Assembly: GCA_965235115.1 (NCBI GenBank)
Contig: OZ249442.1
Span: forward strand, 5,146,001-5,210,000
Reading direction: 5' to 3'
DNA: 64,000 nt
From: Laetmonice hystrix
Lineage: Eukaryota
This document shows positions 27,401 to 39,992 of this stretch, one piece after another. The notes under the pieces were generated by a model. The model ran no database searches and was not told the origin of the DNA. It was given only the letters and a program-made list of their open reading frames with translations. A program made the translations under genes and the position numbers. Positions within the stretch are counted from its first letter, which is position 1, and each line of letters opens with the position of its first letter.

Positions 27401-29769
27401 CTCGATATCCACATACTGTACCTTGTCTTGGACTTACTCCAGGGTGACCCTCGATATCCACATAATGTACCATGTCTTGGACTTACTCCAGGGTGACCCG
27501 CGATATCCACATAATGTACCTTGTCTTGGACTTACTCCAGGGTGACCCTCGATATCCACATACTGTACCTTGTCTTGGACTTACTCCAGGGTGACCCTCG
27601 ATATCCACATAATGTACCATGTCTTGGACTTACTCCAGGGTGACCCTCGATATCCACATAATGTACCTTGTCTTGGACTTACTCCAGGGTGACCCTCGAT
27701 ATCCACATAATGTACCTTGTCTTGGACTTACCGGGGGTACTCCAGGGTGACCCTCGATATCCACATACTGTACCTTGTCTTGGATTATTCCAGGGTGACC
27801 CTCGATATCCACATACTGTACCTTGTCTTGGACTTACTCCAGGGTGACCCTCGATATCCACATAATGTACCTTGTCTTGGACTTACTCCAGGGTGACCCT
27901 CGATATCCACATAATGTACCTTGTCTTGGACTTACTCCAGGGTGACCCTCGATATCCACATAATGTACCATGTCTTGGACTTACTCCAGGGTGACCCTCG
28001 ATATCCACATACTGTACCTTGTCTTGGACTTACTCCAGGGTGACCCTCGATATCCACATAATGTACCTTGTCTTGGACTTACTCCAGGGTGACCCTCGAT
28101 ATCCACATACTGTACCTTGTCTTGGACTTACTCCAGGGTGACCCTCGATATCCACATACTGTACCTTGTCTTGGACTTACTCCAGGGTGACCCTCGATAT
28201 CCACATAATGTACCTTGTCTTGGACTTACTCCAGGGTGACCCTCGATATCCACATACTGTACCTTGTCTTGGACTTACTCCAGGGTGACCCTCGATATCC
28301 ACATACTATACCTTGTCTTGGACTTACTCCAGGGTGACCCTCGATATCCACATACTGTATCTTGTCTTGGACTTACTCCAGGGTGACCCTCGATATCCAG
28401 TCAGTGCAAGGAAACTCAGGACCAGCATGGAAAGAGAAGAAAGCACAAGCATTCTGGCGCGGGCGAGATAGTCGTAAGGAACGACTTGATCTCGTCAAAA
28501 TGTCAATGGAGGATCCTGAACTGATTGATGCTAAGCTAACAAACATGTTCTTCTTCAAGCATGATAAAGAACAACATGGTGACATTGTCAAGGCTACCTC
28601 GTTCTTCGATTTCTTTAAGGTAAAAATATATAAACTTAATCTTTCTTTCAAGAAGGTCTGTAGTATTTCTGGGTGCCCATTTCATACTTATCTATTAATT
28701 GATTTTCCAAGCTGAAATCCTGCCTAAAGTCATAGGTTGAATGATGACCAGTTCCTACTGTCAACCCTGACCAGGTTTTGATATCTGTTCCAGTACAAGT
28801 ACCAGATTAATATTGACGGGACAGTTGCAGCCTACCGCCTTCCATATTTGCTGGCAGGTGGTGCAGTGGTCTTCAAACAGGAGTCCAAGTATTACGAATA
28901 CTTCTACAAGTCTCTCAAGCCTTATGTACACTACATCCCATTTAAACATGATCTCACTGACCTCAAGGAAAAAATTCAATGGGCAAAGGAAAATGATGAC
29001 AAGGTGAGGTTACCTGTTACTTCTGCATTAACTTGAAAGTAGAGATTTTGCAGTGTTAGAAAGACATTAGAAATGACATCATTTGCATGCCAAACACAAC
29101 ACTTACACCGATTAATATGTTACTCATGTCATGTGTATGTTTCATTGGTTCAAGGCCAAAGAGATAGCTGAGAATGGACGTAACTTTGCTCAGGAACACC
29201 TGCTGGCTAAGGATATCTTCTGTTACCATGTGATATTATTCCAGGTAAGAAGATCAGAGTAGATATTCTAGATAAATGGCCAAGATTACGAGTATTAATC
29301 CTGTAGAATGTGGCCAAGGAAAACTTGGGTTGGTAGGTCAACGGTCCTTCAAAACAGGGCTCAGAGTCCAGGTGAGGGAGAGGCAGGGTGAGGTGGAATC
29401 ATACTGACAATGTACCAGTCATGAATAAAATGGTTCTGTTTTTCTCCAGGAATATGCCAAGCGTCTTGCAGCTCCCCCAAAGATCTATGATGATATGGAG
29501 CTGGTGGTACAGGAACCGGACCATTACAAGGGTAAATGTACATGTCATCGCCAGAAACATGTAAGCAGTCATTTCTACTTCTGTGATGTTGGAAATATAG
29601 ACGAGCAACATAAATCATTTCAATAAACACACGACTTAGAGTAGGAGTAAAATGTCAGTGACTCCATTAGGTCTCTCGTACATCCTTAAAATCGCAAAGT
29701 CTTGGCACGAGGTTGGGCAGACTTATTGATGGTATATTTTATGTATGACAGGAAAAGGATGAGCTGTAG
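24492..29769 (+). CDS. POGLUT2: Protein O-glucosyltransferase 2/3-like (KDELC; filamin-like Ig domain + CAP10/GT90 domain, signal peptide, C-terminal KDEL)
   Basis: Phase-consistent exons 24492-24700, 25393-25598, 25867-26078, 26296-26373, 26671-26843, 28382-28619, 28794-29003, 29155-29244, 29450-29560, 29752-29769. Motifs: [83 protein letters not shown]2 versus POGLUT3 orthology cannot be resolved here. Confidence 0.96.
27012..28399. repeat. 49-bp minisatellite, ~28 copies, spanning the POGLUT intron-5/exon-6 acceptor
   Basis: Unit CATACTGTACCTTGTCTTGGACTTACTCCAG|GGTGACCCTCGATATCCA. The last copy runs straight into exon 6 ([17 protein letters not shown]). Confidence 0.97.
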
Positions 29770-31155
29770 CGAGTGTCGAGGAAGGAGAGAGAGATGAGAT
29801 TTTAAGGACATCATCGTCTTCATAGTTCTCTTTAACAGTTCTGACAAGAGTTGGAGTCCTTTAAGGTGCCTTAGAAGGAAATATATTTATTTACTTAACC
29901 TTTACTTATAATTAACAAGCAAAGTGCATGTCAAGCAGTGCTTTAATTACCAAAGGAGAAACAGTCTGCTGCTTAAAGTCGCTCAAAGATTGCTCCAAAA
30001 GTGGCGGATCTTTTGTCTGCTGCTCTTCAGTACTTGTACCTCATTTTGTGAGACTGCTGGAATGATGCTGTTGGTGATACTTAACTGTTGATATTGATAT
30101 TCATTGGTAACGGTACTTATTGGTGATAACGGAATCAATAATAGGGGACCAATCACAGTGCACTTATACTGTTGTATACCTATTGAAAATGGAAGAACTT
30201 TATTATTTGAGTGATTTTCAGGCTTGCAAAATCGTATGTAGTTTTACACTCATTGTGTAATATAGTATGAGACTGTTGGCCTTACCAACAGTACACTCAT
30301 TTGTGAAATGTTAGAAATTGAGAAAATATGTCTGTCTAAGACAAGCTGTGCAATGATTGTAAAATTGTCTACCACGCTGCCGTACCCCCAGGGCATGTGC
30401 TCAGGTCTGACGCTAGGTATAACGGGAAGACACCTCACTGTAACATGCGTTAATTTTCTATCTACGAACACTGCGTGATGTCTGGGTGGTTTATCAGACA
30501 ATGTGTGCAATAGAAATTAAAATAATTTGTTGCAACATCATCTTGCCATATTATGTTAACAGATACAGACAGTAAGCTGAAGTGGTACTGTAAGCTTACA
30601 GTGGTAAGCTGAACACGTTTTGGTTGATGTGAATGGTGCGTGTACATATATTTTACCTTTGAATTAAAATGTGCACAGGGAACTCGTGGTCATTGAATGG
30701 TAGTCATTAAAGCCAAGTTATTCAAGAATTCAGGAAAATATCACATTCCTTGTGGTCTCTGGATCACCCCACCGTTCCAGCCCACCCTCTCTTCCATATG
30801 TTTTATTATATTTTACAAGGTCAGTTGTATGTAGATATGGGATAATGGAAAATGAATACCTGATTTCAACACATCTGAAATAGTTACGCTCCTGGGATAC
30901 GAGCCTGGCCACAGAAAAAATATATCATGAGATGTAGAAGATCGTACAAAAAGACTGAACTTTTTTTCAGCAGAATTGAGAGAAGACTTCCCCCCCCCCC
31001 CCCAAAGAAAAATAAAATATATATTTTTCATTTCGTAATTGTGACATCAAACGTATATATCGTCCCTTACTTAGATTCGTATTGCCCTAAAGTATACGCC
31101 AGTTAATATCAAATTTCTTAGTTCAGGTTCTGCCCTGAAGGTGTCCCTTGTGCAG

Positions 31156-32078
31156 CTATTTGGATGGGTTTATGAAATTTTGGTGATGGACTTTGATACC
31201 TCGCTTGCCAGCGTAGAAAAGTTTGTTGGCCATAGTTGTGTGAAGCCAGTGGCAATATAAAGGGTTGTCAGGTCTTCCAATCGTTCGAGCCATGATGACG
31301 TCACAACTATCGTCCAGGTTACTGAAGACGACGTAAGCTGTGCAGGGGTTAGTGGTGTAGATGGCCATGATTGGTCCAAACTCAGACATGACGTCATACA
31401 GACTCTCAGTATCGTAGGAACGTAAATTGGGAGCCCGGCAGAAATTGCGCCATCGGACAACAACAGTGGACAGTGGTAACTGACGACGACCGTTTGATAG
31501 CAGGCTGTTTTCTGATAAACGCTCGATTCTGCGGAAAGAAACAAAAAAGGATTTTTACATCCTAAATCATCTAAAAAATATCTAAACGACCCCTGAGAAA
31601 TGCGTCGCCATGTAAGGTAGACCGACAGGGCAGTGTACAAAGTAGTCGCTGTTGGAAGTGTGTCAGAACCTCCATTTCCATATACTACTTTCTGATGTGC
31701 CGGTAATAATTATTATAGCGATCGACGACTACGGATTTTCTCTACTTTTAATGTTACTCAGTCTTTAGCATTATTTATTTTTTGCGGCGTATTTGATAAA
31801 GGGGTAAGGCTTTTAAATCTTAACAAGATATCTCATATGTAACGGGGAAGAAAGAGCATGAGATGCCAGGTGAGATGAACACGGACATGTAGACGTCCTC
31901 GATCGGTCGGACTAGCCGGCCTACCTGTTATAACACCGCGGGTGATCGGGTAGAGTGGGCGGTGGAGAGTTATAGAGGAGAGCTCTGTGTCGGTCAACCT
32001 CTGAGTGTACCTCCTCCCGATGGACACTACAGCATGTCGGAATGGTGATGGGGTGACACGGTAGCAGGTGAGTCACGG
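31156..32078 (-). CDS. DUF4523 (TEX56/C6orf201-like) RRM-fold protein, last two coding exons; 5' exons probably at ~32290-32860
   Basis: Exons 32078-31925 and 31528-31156 are phase-compatible with good splice sites. They encode ..HPRCYNRIERLSENSLLSNGRRQLPLSTVVVRWRNF..LYDVMSEFGPIMAIYTTNPCTAYVVFSNLDDSCDVI..LYCHWLH. This resembles the STIVVRW..FGPI..AxVVF..SAC..CSW pattern I recall for DUF4523. Confidence 0.65.
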
Positions 32079-32859
32079 CTAGAAATCAAACCATGCAGTC
32101 AGTCAAAGTCTTCATTGTCAGTTTAGGCCTAGCCTATTTTCGCGCCAAAACCCCCAAAAAACCCAACCTGTTAATTAATTTAATTTGCCTTTGCTAGACT
32201 GGCCTTGCTATCTGACAAGTGTGCCCGCAATCGTTACAAACCTTGGCCTTTGTCGCGCCTCATGCGGGCCGCGGGTCGCCTAGCCCCGGGGTATATTACC
32301 TCTTCCACTGGGTCCCGGAGCAGATAGTAGGAGTCGAGCAATCGCCGGAAAATCCTTCCTTCGGCTTCCTTTAATAATATAATGGTTTTTTTTCAGATTT
32401 GACATTTTCCTGCCATTGTAGGCCTAATATATAAATTAACTTGAGTAGGCCTAATTACTATAGAGATCTACGTAATAGAATTGAAGATTTCTTCAAAAGA
32501 ATTGAAGCCCATATCTTCAAATATTTTAAGATAGGCCTAGGCCTATCTGTATTGCTGAATAAAATGAAATAAAATAAAATGAACTGAAATAATATTTAAA
32601 AAAAATTATAATAAGTAGGTCCCTATATAAAAGTGTAAGCCATTTTTCCAATGAAATGGGGTGGTGGTGCGTGCCCCCACGCCCCCTGGATCCACATAGA
32701 GTAGACCTATAGGCCTACCCCCCCCCCCCCTCCCTACCTGAAAAGGTAGCCTGCACCTGGGCGGGGTAGGCAGAGCTGTCGTGTTTGATGTTTCTGCTGC
32801 CGGTGGCTTGGTTGTGGCTGCCCATACATTGAGAGCCTTTTGGGCCGGGTGGCTCATCC

Positions 32860-33280
32860 TCGGGAGATTAAGTGTTAGCCAATCCCGGTCACATATAAAT
32901 TTGCAAAGGATATGGTACTGTCAGTGCACATTTCAAAGTTGACATGTCTCCATCACTCTCTGGCTCTGTGCTCCAGAAAATCGGTCGTCATGGAGCTGTC
33001 GCCCGCTTTCTATTGTGACGATATTTGACAGATAATCGAAAAGATCTTATTATGACGTAACAGTTTACAAAGACCCAAAGACAAAGCAAAATATGACGAG
33101 CACTTTTTCGCAAACTAGCAGTGTAAGATATACCATACTTGGGGCCTATGTCATTTTCTCAGGCAGAACAAAAAATATCCTTTTGAAAGCAGCGCGCTTT
33201 CCATTTCGCAGCGCCATCTGTGAGTGGGAGGGATTTGTCAACGCCCCCTTTCGAGAAACAGGAGAACAGAAACTGCGTAG
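32860..33280. promoter_or_regulatory. Putative bidirectional promoter, DUF4523 gene / ZC3H3
   Basis: Short divergent spacer containing CRE-like TGACGTAA (~33053) and YY1-like CGCCATCT (~33213). Confidence 0.45.
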
Positions 33281-36200
33281 ATGGCCGACGTAGAAGAAGC
33301 TGCGAAACTGAAAGAAGAGATCGCTTTTCTATCCAGTAAGTCCCTTTCTTGTATTTTAGATCCATTTTTTCTGTTAAGGAGAAACGCGACGCGGGTAGAC
33401 TTTCACAATAGTCCCAAATTTTCATCCAGAATTGTTGACCACTGTGATGATCCGTGTAAAGGCCCTATTATCGCCCACGACATTTCTCAGCGTATCGATA
33501 TTATGTTCATAAATAATCATAACATAAGTTTACCCAGTGTACCAGTGGCAGTGACAGTAAACCCAGCGCTCGAACGTTCTGTCCGCCTTTTGACAAGGTC
33601 TAGCTACTAAATCTTGTTTGCTCGAGACCATGGCACTAATACTGTTAGTACTGTTACATTATGTAACTTAATGTGAATGTCATCGAATCCGGCCGCCAGT
33701 AGTAACCGGCCGCGCGTAACTAATCCGACGGCCGCGGCCCGCTCCGCCGGCCCGCTTCGCGGGGGCCCCGCTGCCGCTGGCGGGGCCGCCCGCGGGACTA
33801 AACTATCACTAACCCTGGCCTAGGCCAAACCTTAACCTTAACCCAACTAACACTAACCCTAGCCGGGCCTAGGCCAAACCTTAACCCAACTAACACTAAC
33901 CCTAGGCCTAACCTTAACCTTAACCCGACTAACACTAACCCTCCTGGGCGAGTATACGGCCGCCCGACTTACGCGCGGCCGATTTCGAGCGGCGGCCGGT
34001 TTCGATATACACCACTTAATGTGACGCAAAAGAAATAACTAAACACCGGAAATAAAGATTGTCATTGTTGGCTCCAACCACAAAATCTATGTCCGACTAT
34101 CGACATTATTGCTCTAACTAGACGATTCGTAGATCTCTGACTGTGTCTGTGATCTATTTGAATTTGATCCGTTTTATGTTTTCTTTAAAGGTCTAATCGA
34201 CAAGCACAAGGGAGGCAACCATGGCCCAAAACCTACCACTGCTTTCTGCTCAACGCAGGCTCCACCAAGACACACGAGGAAATGGGTTGCACCTTCCTTC
34301 ACTGGACCCAACACGACATCCCAAAGATGCATCAAGAATGACCCTTACAACTTCCGTCGTGCTCAGACATACCCGACCGCTGCAGGATCCAAGTTTAATA
34401 ACCCAAGAGATGTGACTGCTTATATGAAAGATACTGGCAATCTTTCAGGAAGGGAACATGTAGCCAGTCAACAAAAAGTCTCTTATGTAAACAAGGTGCT
34501 TCATCCAAGTAAAACAAAAATTTCCTCAGAGAAAAGTATTGACAATAGTGCCAAACCAACCTCAGAGCTGAATACTAGTCTGATAACTACGAAGAAAATA
34601 ATATTGCCATCAAAGCTCAGTTCAAAATCTGAGTTACATTCCAAGGATCTTGTTCCCAAGGTTACTGGTGTCAAGGGCGAGAATAGAAAGCAAGAAACCA
34701 TTGGAGCATTTAAAAAGAGGACAGTGCTTCTGCCATCGTCACTGGGGAAGGGCCAACCAAATCCCACCCCAAAACTGGTCTCAGTTGCCAAATCACAGCA
34801 AACAGTTGGTCTGAGTTCAAACTTAGCAAAACTGAAAGAAGATAATCCTCCAGATAAAATATGCTCCAGGAACATCAAAATGGCCAGTCGGGAAGTGGTC
34901 ATTCCAAGCAAAGATAAAATACCTACTAACTCTGCAGTCTCAGGCCCATCTATTGCTGGTCTGAAAGCTCAAGGACGTTTAATTTCTGCCAGTGATTCTA
35001 AAGGTGCTGCAGCTCAGGTAACACTACACAAAACTAACTCAGGAACGGTTTCCCATCTAAACGTACCATCTGGGGAGATCATGATAGGGCCAAGGTGCCA
35101 GAGCCAGTTTGTATCTAAACCATACAGATCAGTTAGAACACAAAGTGCTCCACAGATACCCAAACATGAAACCACCATAGAGGCAGGAAAACGAATTGTG
35201 GAGGAGATTGAGAAACTGAAGAAAGCCATGGCGGCTATTGAGAAGGCAGAAGGTACAGGGAAGCCAAAACAGGATCTTGTGTTACCGAGCAAAGGAAAAG
35301 GGGCAGATAAAAGTGTTGTTAAGTCTAAAACTAATCCTAGCAATGATAGTATACATGGTTCCACTAAGCAGGGTTGCCAAACAATGAAAAATACTCGGGG
35401 TGAGACTTCCAAATCCTCCATTAGCCCACAAGGGTATATTGTTAGAAAAACAAAGTACAGCATCAACAAGATTACATCTGTCAGGAAGGAGCTCCAAGTT
35501 ACTCCTAAAACATATCTCAGTAGTAGTGTAGGTAATGTGGCTATCAAGGGCCCACAGTCAAAGTCTAAATCTAGACCTGCAGTTATAGCAAGTGTCTCTG
35601 CGATTCATAAAGCCAGTAAGTTTACACACACACCTGCAGTGACGACTAAATCTAGCCAGTATAGATATGTCAGACAAGGATCTTGGCTTCCCTCTGAGAG
35701 GACAACGACCCACCACAGAGTGGCGAGGAGTCCACTCCATAGTGGCATGGGTAGGAAGTTGATGTTAGGTAGGCATAAACTGCTGAGGACAAGCATCTTT
35801 TCTGTCAACCACAGTCGGTCTCCATCCTCAGGAAGGAAGTCAACCCCAACTTTATCACATCGTGGTGCTCAGAAAATCCAACAGACTTTAAAAGTTCCAC
35901 AACAGTGCTCCCCAAAGAAACAGATGTTGAAGGATTTGTTGACTGATGTGGCAGTAAAAACTGCCAAGATTAAACACAGCCAAAGGGTACTGAGACGTGC
36001 TCTCCTCTTTAGACAACCCAAGAAAAAGATAGTTAGTTCCAAACTCCGCCCAAGGGGAGACACAAGTCGACTGAAGTGGAGAAGATGGACAGAAGAAAAC
36101 CGAAGAAATAGCAATAATTTCAAACAGAGATCCGAGATGGCCTTAAAACAAACAGGAATTGATGGTAAGGAATGGAAATCAAGATTCTCACTGAGAAGGC

Positions 36201-39200
36201 ATAATTCAGGTAAGTAACAAATAGTTTGGTTATAAAGTGATTATAATGTCAAAAAAAGTGTCAGAAAACCAGCATAACTTAGGACCGTACAGTCTGTACT
36301 GTTATAATGCTTCACTGCTACATAGATTTGTGCATTATAAAGTGATTAATGTCAGTAAAAACTAAAAAAAGGGTAAGAAAACCAGCATGACTTAGTACTC
36401 TACTGTTGTTATAATGTTTTGCTGCTATATAAAGTTGTTAAAGCCAGCCTAACGATGGTCATTGTTTCAGAACAACCATTGAGCATTAATCGGCTCCTTG
36501 GTCGAACTGTGAACAACCTCAGCTCAAACCGCTACAAGTTCATCAGTGGCACAGCAAGAGGAAAGGCTCCAATTCCTCGTCATGTGTTAGAGAGATCCCT
36601 CCGCCAGATGCCAAGACAGTTGAAAAAAGGTAGACCAAATAGGTAAGTTGAATTCTGAGTGTTTACACTACAAACAAAATAATGTCCGTGATGTGGATTA
36701 GCACAAGAACTTGTAGTCTTTACAACATTCTTAATTTCCAAAACCTTGCTTTGAAATTATTACATGACTCATAGTTTTTTTTTCTCCTACAATGCCAGAT
36801 ATCTTGACAGACCTGTGTGGCAGCATATCTATATCTCAATATCAGCTATCTCTATATCCTACTTGTTAAGGATGACACTGTATTCTGTGAGGTGATTGTG
36901 TAGACCATGTTATTGTCCCCTGTTGTACAGACTACAGGTGGATCATCGCCATCCATTCACCAAGGGCTCGCGATCAGGTGAACGACCTAAACAAGTCAGT
37001 TCATCAGGTCGTCTGGTACAGATTGGTGGTATCCTGTACAAGTCATCACAGAGAAACCTTAGGAGGACAAATATACCTGCCCAGACAGCCAAGGTCATTA
37101 AAAAACCTCCCTCTGGAATGATCACAATTCGAAGTGAGTTGAAACTTGCTCGTTCTAAACCTATCTGATGTATTACTGTTGAACTTTACGAGACATGCTC
37201 GGCTCAGATCTGAACACTGATAAATGATATTTTTATTTAAAAGCAAAACCAGCCCAAAAAATGAAATAATGCTGAGATCTGTTTGCATTGCTAGTAATCC
37301 TCGAACGTTTAATCCATACAAGATTATCTTTCTGTCTTGATGATGAAGATGTTTTCATTATGTAGACATGAGTAGCCCCCGAATGAAGATGGTGAAAGTT
37401 CAGGGTGTGAAGTATAGAGTTGACAACCGAGGTCGCACTCTTCAACGTGTGCTTACAGACTCACCAGGTAACAGCTAACAATGCACACTGACATTTTTAG
37501 ACTGTCTTAGTGAACATCTTAACTCCCCAATTAGAATGGGAACAGAGTGAGATACTCTGAAACACTTGGACTGTTGAAATCAGCCAACCTGATAAAAGAA
37601 AAGTAGCACAATAGATTTCAGTTATAGAGTGCACTCTTTGAAATTTTTGGAATTCATGCATCTACTAAATTTGTTTTTTGTTGAATTGTTATTTTTAATA
37701 GAAGTCACCAGATACAGTGGCTATCTGAAGCGAGTAGATCTTGGTGGGGTAACATATATGCAGACCAAGCCAGGAACACTTGTACGGGCTACCACCTCAT
37801 CTGTCCGTGCGACTGCGAGGTGAGAATAAGTCATTATTTGTAATCTCAGTACTATTTGACCACTTGGGTGATGTTGTGGGGATGCTCCTGACTCTAACAG
37901 TATGCAGAGTGTAGACAGAGTAGGTGGATAGCTTCCTCACCTAGTTCATACACCAATCGGAACACTGCAAACCAACAAGGCACAAGGATGTCATCACTTC
38001 CCGCTAGAGGGCGCCAATGTATCAGTCGCCCCCCCCCCCCCCCATGTCGGAATGGTGCAGACATATTTTGTTGGACTGCCTCTTCAGATTCACTCTTATG
38101 TAGCAGATATTAGTGGTACTGTCACTGCCTTTTGAATGTTGGGAATTTCACAAAACCCAGAGGGAAGACGGGAGCTTAATGAGTTTGACTTTAGATTTAA
38201 ATTAGCCTACAGTACATGTTTCAGACCTGCCATGGTTCTTCATCAGTATTTCTCACTGTCTTTGTGTAGGTCAGGATATACTCGACTCCTCATACAGGCA
38301 TACCATATTTGATTTATTAATGGTTATAGTAAAACAAAGTTAAGAAATTATTTACTTTCTGTATGGATATTCCTAAAGAATTTGACCTTGATTCCATGGT
38401 ATTACTGATAATTGCAGCCGGTCAATCCAGCGAAGCATAGTGACAGCAGCCAGACTAAAGAAAGTCAACAAGAAACGACAGTACTGCATGTTCTACAACC
38501 GTTTTGGGAAGTGCAACCGAACACCGCAGTGTCCATACATCCACGATCCTGACAAAGTCGCTGTGTGCACACGGTGAGCAAAACTTGCGCTGTCTCTAGC
38601 AGGTTTACTTTCAATTGCAGGGAGTTCAGAGTTAGGATGAATACAAATGGGTTAAATTATTTTAGGGTCGCCCTAAGAGGCTAAGTATTGCATGAGTGTA
38701 AGCCCACAATGATGTAACAAAATGGGTGCATTGGGAAAAAGATTGCTATGTCTAGTAGGTTACATACACCAAATATAGGTCAGGTTGTAATTTTAAGGTT
38801 ACTGGGTTAGCTTGGGTTTGTTAGGGTTTCTCTATAATGACCTGTTATTTAATTTTTGTGTTTGAAATGTTTCTATAATCCAGGTTTCTACGCGGGACCT
38901 GTAAGATCACCAGTTGTCCGTTTTCCCACCAGGTGGCACCAGAGAAGATGCCAGTCTGCACTCATTTCTTGCGTGGAGTTTGTACACGAGATCCTTGTCC
39001 GTATCTTCATGTTAACGTCAGCAAGGATGCAGCCATCTGCAACGATTTCCTCAAAGGATACTGCCCTCTGGGGGACAAGGTACATACTCTAGAGGTTATA
39101 AAACATATGGCGAGTACTATCTGTTCAGCATTCATTAATGAAAGTTGTTAGTAGGAATAATTATGAGATTAGTAGCAAACATTTTGGTAAGTAACTAGGG

Positions 39201-39992
39201 ACAGTGTAAGGATGAATTATGGGAAAAACTTTTATTTCTGCAGTGCAAGAAGAAACACAGTCGTGTATGCCCAGATCATGATGGCGCGGGTAGCTGTCCT
39301 CGTAAGGCTGCATGTCGTCTTCATCACCCCAAGGCAAACAAACGGCGGAGATCATCCAGTAGTTCTAGGTAAGGTTACATAAAAGTCTTATCTTATAGTA
39401 TGATTCCAAACATTTTCTCCTGTTTTCAGAGGAGAGTTTTCTGCGAATTTGCAGGCTTCTTCAGTTTTAAACATAGTCAGTTGACGGGTGAGATTTCCTA
39501 CTTTTTTAATGCTCTCATGTCTGTGTTTTCGGTTTACGCCCACACAGTAAGAAGTCTATAAAACGTAAGCGGACAGTAACAAGAGTTGAAGAGGTAGATG
39601 ATAGGGATCTTCCGTTACGAGATCGTCACCTTCCGTCCTTCATCTCGCTGGAGTCGGCAGAGAGTGTCGTCACTACTGTCGATCAGTCTGATGTTGCCAC
39701 CTCACCAGTCGGTACGTCACAATTACTGAGTTACTCTGATCCTCACCGTTCATTTCATTAAAGTGTAAAATGTCTGGTTTGACATGTGTGATAGATAACA
39801 TGCCACAGACAGTCAGCTTCTGGTGTTTACTGGGGTCCATTGATGTGTATAACCAAATACTTATTATTTGGTCAGAATATTGTATACATGTACTGAGTAT
39901 GTTTGTTACAATTATTTCCAGTTCAAGAGCCTCTCCAAATCTTCCCAGATTTGTCATTTGATCCAGAATCCAGCTCGACCAAATCCAGCTAG
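33281..39992 (+). CDS. ZC3H3: Zinc finger CCCH domain-containing protein 3
   Basis: Phase-consistent exons 33281-33335, 34191-36209, 36471-36642, 36931-37133, 37366-37467, 37702-37819, 38418-38573, 38884-39079, 39244-39368, 39548-39711, 39922-39992. Five CCCH fingers (QYCMFYNRFGKCNRTPQCPYIHDPDKVAVCTRFLRGTC..EKMPVCTHFLRGVC..ICNDFLKGYCPLGDKCKKKH) and C-terminal LPSFISL. Confidence 0.94.
33678..34012. mobile_element. GC-rich inverted-repeat element with (CTAACC)-like core, in ZC3H3 intron 1
   Basis: ~40-bp TIRs ATCGAATCCGGCCGCC..CGGCCGCGCGTAA / TTACGCGCGGCCG..GGCGGCCGGTTTCGAT around a core of CTAACC/CTTAAC/CTAACA repeats. Confidence 0.75.

Noticed and set aside
27036-27861. Small ORFs within the 49-bp array
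   Set aside because: Repeat-derived; each frame hits a stop within three units.
34501-36123. Minus-strand ORFs (136 aa, 177 aa and others)
   Set aside because: Antisense shadows of the large ZC3H3 exon.
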